DNA of 64,000 bases, taken from positions 1,568,001 to 1,632,000 of the forward strand of contig OY771587.1 of the NCBI GenBank assembly GCA_963674825.1, read 5' to 3'. The DNA comes from Candidatus Cloacimonadales bacterium (lineage in GTDB: Bacteria > Cloacimonadota > Cloacimonadia > Cloacimonadales > JAIOQZ01). The notes under the pieces were generated by a model. That model made no database searches. It was not told where the DNA came from and was given only the letters and a program-made list of their open reading frames with translations. Shown piece after piece: positions 60,019-64,000 of the stretch (the stretch's first letter is position 1; each line of letters begins with the position of its first letter). The position numbers were made by a program, and so were the translations under genes.

Positions 60019-61257
60019 ATGAAAAAGCATCTTTTCCTGCTGATAGCCGTCTGCGTGTCCATGATGTTCGCGTTGGAGTTTAGTAGCATTAAAAACATCT
60101 ACAAGGGCCCAACCGAACGCCCAGCCAACTGGAAGACGCCATCGCATAACTTCGAGATCATCGACGAATGGGAAGTTGACCTCAAACCCGGGCAATACGT
60201 GCTTTTCTCACCTGCCTCCGAGACCGACAGCGGCGAGCCAAAGATCATTATGGAAGAGGGCAAGAACCGTGCATATCATATCCATGATGGAGAGATGGAA
60301 CTGGTTCCGTTTGCAGTTAGTAATCGCCTGATTAGTGAAAATTGCCAATACATTGCAGGATATCGTTTCGAAAAGGAAAATGAAAATGAAGAAAATGAAA
60401 TTGTTCGCGAAATAATAAGTATAGCAGAGCTTAATGATCATGATATGCAAATCACCTCTTGCATAAAGCAAGGAAAAGACATGCTTGACGTCATTAGCAT
60501 CACATCAAGTGGTTTGTTGCTCTGCGTAGATGAACGCAATGATGGGTATATCCTGGTTGATCAGAACTGGAATGAGATATATCGAAACAACACATTTGGC
60601 AAATACGCTGAATTTTACTGTACTGTTCGATCAAGCCCAAGTAAAAACCGATCGTATATAAAAGTAGGCTACAATAGCCAGGAATTTGTTGATGAGCCTA
60701 TCGGTAACTATGATGGCTTCATGCTGTATATTCATAATGAAAAAGGGGGATTAATAAACACCATGCAGATCCCAGGCGATTTCGAGATGAAGCCCAGCAC
60801 GACAGGAGCTTATTGCTGGCTATCAATGCGAGAGCTTCAAGAGTCATGGCTTATCGATGGACAGGGGAACATTATACAGAAATTCGAGTATCTGACATGT
60901 TTTGGTTGGTCACCTCAAGATGATTTCTGCTATCTAAATGTCGATGATCCGAATATTCTCGCAACGACGTTGAATATTGATGATTTGAAATTTTATGAAG
61001 GAAGTGGATTTATGAGGTCTTCTGGGGTGAATCCACCCTATCAAGTTCGCGCTGGTGTTGAAAGCGTGTATGTTCAGAATTATATCAATGAACAAATGAT
61101 CATCAGGGACACTCCTCCCAAGCCTTCTCATGCCGAAACCATTCGAGGTAAAAAGACAAACAACGAATCTGCGGTAAGCATTTCTGGGGATGGTAAAACA
61201 GTCTGTGTGTTTATAGGTGGCCTTGTCCGTAAATACAGAATCGGGAGTGAAAAATGA
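60019..61257 (+). CDS. Secreted hypothetical protein, paralogue A (possible beta-propeller)
   Basis: ATG 60019 with AGGAG; signal peptide; beta-rich with WSP.DD and ISGDG turns. Confidence 0.75.
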   Translation: MKKHLFLLIAVCVSMMFALEFSSIKNIYKGPTERPANWKTPSHNFEIIDEWEVDLKPGQYVLFSPASETDSGEPKIIMEEGKNRAYHIHDGEMELVPFAVSNRLISENCQYIAGYRFEKENENEENEIVREIISIAELNDHDMQITSCIKQGKDMLDVISITSSGLLLCVDERNDGYILVDQNWNEIYRNNTFGKYAEFYCTVRSSPSKNRSYIKVGYNSQEFVDEPIGNYDGFMLYIHNEKGGLINTMQIPGDFEMKPSTTGAYCWLSMRELQESWLIDGQGNIIQKFEYLTCFGWSPQDDFCYLNVDDPNILATTLNIDDLKFYEGSGFMRSSGVNPPYQVRAGVESVYVQNYINEQMIIRDTPPKPSHAETIRGKKTNNESAVSISGDGKTVCVFIGGLVRKYRIGSEK

Positions 61258-61558
61258 AAAAGCATCTTTTCCTGCTGATAACCGTCTGCGTGTCCATGAT
61301 GTTCGCGTTGGAGTTTAGTAGCATTAAAAACATCTACAGGGGCCCAACCGAACGCCCAGCCACCTGGAAGACGCCATCGCATAACTTCGAGATCATCGAC
61401 GAATGGGAGGTTGACCTCAAACCCGGGCAGTACGTGCTTTTCTCACCCGCATCCGAAACCGACAGCGGTGAACCGAAGATCATTATGGAAGAGGGCAAGA
61501 ATCGTGCATATTTTATCCATGATGGAGAGATGGAGCTGATACCGTTTCCTGTTAGTAA
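60019..61558 (+). repeat. Direct repeat block 1: 60019-60323 vs 61254-61558 (near-identical, ungapped)
   Basis: Direct base-by-base comparison; scattered substitutions, many of them synonymous. Confidence 0.9.
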
Positions 61559-62135
61559 CTTGAACGTCTCGAAAAATGCTGGATATATTACACACGAGGA
61601 GTTTCACTTTGTTCCTGATCAAAGAGCTGATGGAAACGAAAACTACACTCTCCACATCGCCAAGTTGAATGACCATAGCATGGAGATATATACTCATGAT
61701 GGACTGCGTGAAAAGGGGTTAGCTTACCCTCAAATAACGAATTCGGGGCTTATCCTTTTTTATGATGAAAAACATCATGGCTATGTTTTCACCGATCTTG
61801 AAATGAATATCATTTTCCAGAGTACCTTCTTCGCTGAATATCCCAATGCAGGTTTTGGGGTAAAATCATCTTTAAATGGCAATCGTAATTTTGTAAGTAC
61901 CTCCTATATTGATACTCATGAAGAGCTTGATCCTCAGATGCCACACGACAAATATCGCCTTTTTGTTCACGATCGTGAAGGCAACTTGATCAACTCGCTG
62001 GAAATCCCAGGCGATTTTGAGATGAGACCCAGCATGACAGGAGCTTATTGCTGGCTATCAATGCGAGAGCTTCAAGAGTCATGGCTTATCGATGGACAGG
62101 GGAACATTATACAGAAATTCGAGTATCTGACATGT
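60801..62135 (+). repeat. Direct repeat block 2: 100-nt identical copies at 60801-60900 and 62036-62135
   Basis: GACAGGAGCTTATTGC...GAGTATCTGACATGT is identical in both copies by eye; same 1235-nt offset as block 1. Confidence 0.9.
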
Positions 62136-62510
62136 GTTGGTTGGTCGCCACAGGATGATTTCTGCCATTTAATTTCGCAAGATAAAAGCATTGGATACGT
62201 TTCATTGTACACGAAGGATTTGAGATTTTATAAAAAAGGAAACGTTGGATATGTATCTGGTTTTTATCCGCCCTATCAAGTAATCTCCGGAGCTAACGAC
62301 AAAGACGGAACTGGAAGCATTTCTGTGCAGAATTATATAACAAGGCAGGTTATCATCAGCGACAATCTGCCCGCTAAAGATCATTTTTTCAACAGAAAAG
62401 GGAATATTGATAACCGCGAATCAATGATCAGTATATCGGGTAACGGACAAATAGTCTGCGTTTTCCACAACGGCCTTGTCCGCAAATACCGAATCATCGA
62501 GAAGAAGTAG
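61254..62510 (+). CDS. Secreted hypothetical protein, paralogue B
   Basis: ATGA-coupled to paralogue A; near-identical N-terminal ~100 aa and internal block. Confidence 0.78.
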   Translation: MKKHLFLLITVCVSMMFALEFSSIKNIYRGPTERPATWKTPSHNFEIIDEWEVDLKPGQYVLFSPASETDSGEPKIIMEEGKNRAYFIHDGEMELIPFPVSNLNVSKNAGYITHEEFHFVPDQRADGNENYTLHIAKLNDHSMEIYTHDGLREKGLAYPQITNSGLILFYDEKHHGYVFTDLEMNIIFQSTFFAEYPNAGFGVKSSLNGNRNFVSTSYIDTHEELDPQMPHDKYRLFVHDREGNLINSLEIPGDFEMRPSMTGAYCWLSMRELQESWLIDGQGNIIQKFEYLTCVGWSPQDDFCHLISQDKSIGYVSLYTKDLRFYKKGNVGYVSGFYPPYQVISGANDKDGTGSISVQNYITRQVIISDNLPAKDHFFNRKGNIDNRESMISISGNGQIVCVFHNGLVRKYRIIEKK

Positions 62511-62698
62511 TAGCTCAAGCGGATACTTTTTTTGCGGCGAGCCTGGAACGGTGACGGTAGCGATAAGGAACCATCGTATCGTGGATTGGAACCCTTAAAC
62601 GAACGAAATTCTTTAAAAGCATAAAAAGAACAGAGAAAAAACTTTACACTGTTAAATAATCCATTCCGAATTGGCGCATCCAATTCAAGGAGGCACCT

Positions 62699-63766
62699 AT
62701 GAAAAATTTCTTTGCATCCAGGTGGGGCATCATCGTTGCCGGTCTGGCAATCGGAGTGATCGCGTCAGTGCTTCAAAAGCTGGGCAATCCAAGCAACATG
62801 GGATTGTGCATGGCGTGCTTTGAGAGAGATATTGCCGGCGCGCTCGGTTTTCACCAGGCAGGCGTTGTGCAGTATGTACGACCTGAAATTATCGGTATCA
62901 TCATCGGCTCATTCGTAACATCCATTTTCTTCAAGGAATTCAAACCCCGCAGCGGTTCGTCGCCCATCATACGCTTTTTCCTCGGCGTTTTCGCGATGAT
63001 CGGCGCACTGGTCTTCCTCGGCTGCCCGTGGCGCGCGTTTCTGCGCTTGGCAGGCGGTGACTGGAACGCGATTATCGGAATCGTGGGACTTGCCTTTGGC
63101 GTCGGGATCGGCGTGATTTTCCTGCGTTCGGGATTCAATCTCGGCCGGTCTTATTCCTCACGAAGCCGCTTCTCGGGATGGGTTTTCCCGATCGTAACGG
63201 TTATCATTTTCATCTTTTTCCTTCTCAAGCTTCCCTTTATTCACTTCAGCGAAAAGGGACCTGGCTCGCAATACGCGCCCATCGCCATTAGTCTCATTGC
63301 AGGCCTGGTCATCGGTTTCCTCGCAAACCGCAGCCGCTTCTGTACCATGGGCTCGATCCGCGACGTGATCCTGATTCGCGATTTCCATCTTCTCAGCGGC
63401 GTACTCGCATTCACCGTCGCCGCATTGATCATGAACTTCATCTTTGGGCAATTCCACCCAGGATTCGCAAATCCGCCCATCGGCCACACCGACGGCCTCT
63501 GGAACTTCCTCGGCATGACGCTGGCTGGCCTTGCCTTCGCGCTGGCGGGTGGATGTCCCGGACGTCAATTGATCCTGGCTGGTGAAGGTAACGGCGATTC
63601 GACCGTTTTCGTGCTGGGTATGCTTGCAGGAGCAGGATTCGCGCATAACTTCAGCCTGGCCTCAAGCCCGAAAGGAATCGGAACTTACGGCGCACAGGCT
63701 ACCATTCTCGGCCTGATCTTCTGCGTGGTTATCGGCCTTTTCATGATCGAACGAAGAAAAGCGTAA
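62699..63766 (+). CDS. yedE: YedE family putative selenium/sulfur transporter
   Basis: GNPSNMGLCMACFERDIAG, YVRPEIIG, LGCPWR, RFCTMG and GGCPGRQ motifs; multi-TM. Confidence 0.88.
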   Translation: MKNFFASRWGIIVAGLAIGVIASVLQKLGNPSNMGLCMACFERDIAGALGFHQAGVVQYVRPEIIGIIIGSFVTSIFFKEFKPRSGSSPIIRFFLGVFAMIGALVFLGCPWRAFLRLAGGDWNAIIGIVGLAFGVGIGVIFLRSGFNLGRSYSSRSRFSGWVFPIVTVIIFIFFLLKLPFIHFSEKGPGSQYAPIAISLIAGLVIGFLANRSRFCTMGSIRDVILIRDFHLLSGVLAFTVAALIMNFIFGQFHPGFANPPIGHTDGLWNFLGMTLAGLAFALAGGCPGRQLILAGEGNGDSTVFVLGMLAGAGFAHNFSLASSPKGIGTYGAQATILGLIFCVVIGLFMIERRKA

Positions 63767-63779
63767 AGGGAGGAAAAAA

Positions 63780-63989
63780 ATGAATGTGATCGACACACGC
63801 GGACTCTCCTGTCCGCAACCCGTAGTCATGACCAAAAAAGAGATCAATCGCGGTAAGGGTGATTTCTCCATTCTTCTCGACAGCGTCGTCGCGAAAGAAA
63901 ACGTGCTCAGAGTCCTGGAACGTTTCCAGCTCCAATACAAGGAAATTGAAGAGAACGGCGAGTTCAAAATCAACGTAAAGCGAAGCTGA
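63780..63989 (+). CDS. TusA/SirA/YedF-family sulfur(selenium) carrier
   Basis: IDTRGLSCPQPVV motif; directly downstream of yedE. Confidence 0.88.
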   Translation: MNVIDTRGLSCPQPVVMTKKEINRGKGDFSILLDSVVAKENVLRVLERFQLQYKEIEENGEFKINVKRS

Positions 63990-64000
63990 TTCATGGAGCG

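Noticed and set aside
60019..62510. Paralogue repeats as a DGR TR/VR pair
   Set aside because: Differences are not confined to adenines, both copies lie in intact ORFs, and no RT is present.
62511..62698. tRNA-Sec or riboswitch upstream of yedE
   Set aside because: Only weak short pairings; no recognisable tRNA or riboswitch consensus. An Infernal/Rfam search would settle it.
28571..63989. Selenocysteine (TGA) read-through in redox or selenium-related genes
   Set aside because: The relevant ORFs appear full length with Cys at the motif positions, and no split ORF needing recoding was seen.

Overview
Gene-dense bacterial chromosomal window with no rRNA, tRNA, CRISPR array, transposase, integrase or reverse transcriptase that I could recognise. 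The secreted proteins with FlgD-Ig/T9SS-A-like C-terminal tails and a PorV-family gene suggest an FCB-group anaerobe, possibly Cloacimonadota (inference only). Layout: (1-3110) 5' part of a large multidomain S8 protease on the minus strand, absent from the ORF track; tfoX-like, patatin, lipoprotein and GNAT genes; (6356-26233) a long plus-strand run: M6 protease, PorV-like, S8 protease, HEAT-like protein, greA, M18 aminopeptidase, cpoB, bamD, nadD, rsgA, nadK, recN, eno; (26423-35961) response regulator, lipoprotein, then a minus-strand block with a class V PLP enzyme, aldehyde dehydrogenase, PTS EIIA-PII fusion, CPA2 antiporter, rarA and a DAGK-family kinase; (36116-37303) GT4. The main feature is a 16-gene, tightly coupled type II FAS/PKS-like lipid cluster (37473-55462). 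It has aryl-polyene/flexirubin-like parts (ammonia-lyase, CoA ligase, 3 KS, ACP, KR, fused dehydratase, thioesterase, GT2-DUF2062, 2 acyltransferases), a phytoene-desaturase-like oxidoreductase and three tandem cobalamin-binding radical SAM enzymes. Later come an unannotated 39-aa Lys-rich ORF, an M23 peptidase, an orphan sigma54-type promoter, a TetR/repeat-protein/FGE-domain operon, two tandem secreted paralogues with alternating near-identical and highly divergent blocks, and yedE plus a TusA/YedF-like gene. All family calls come from motif recognition by eye; no database search was run.
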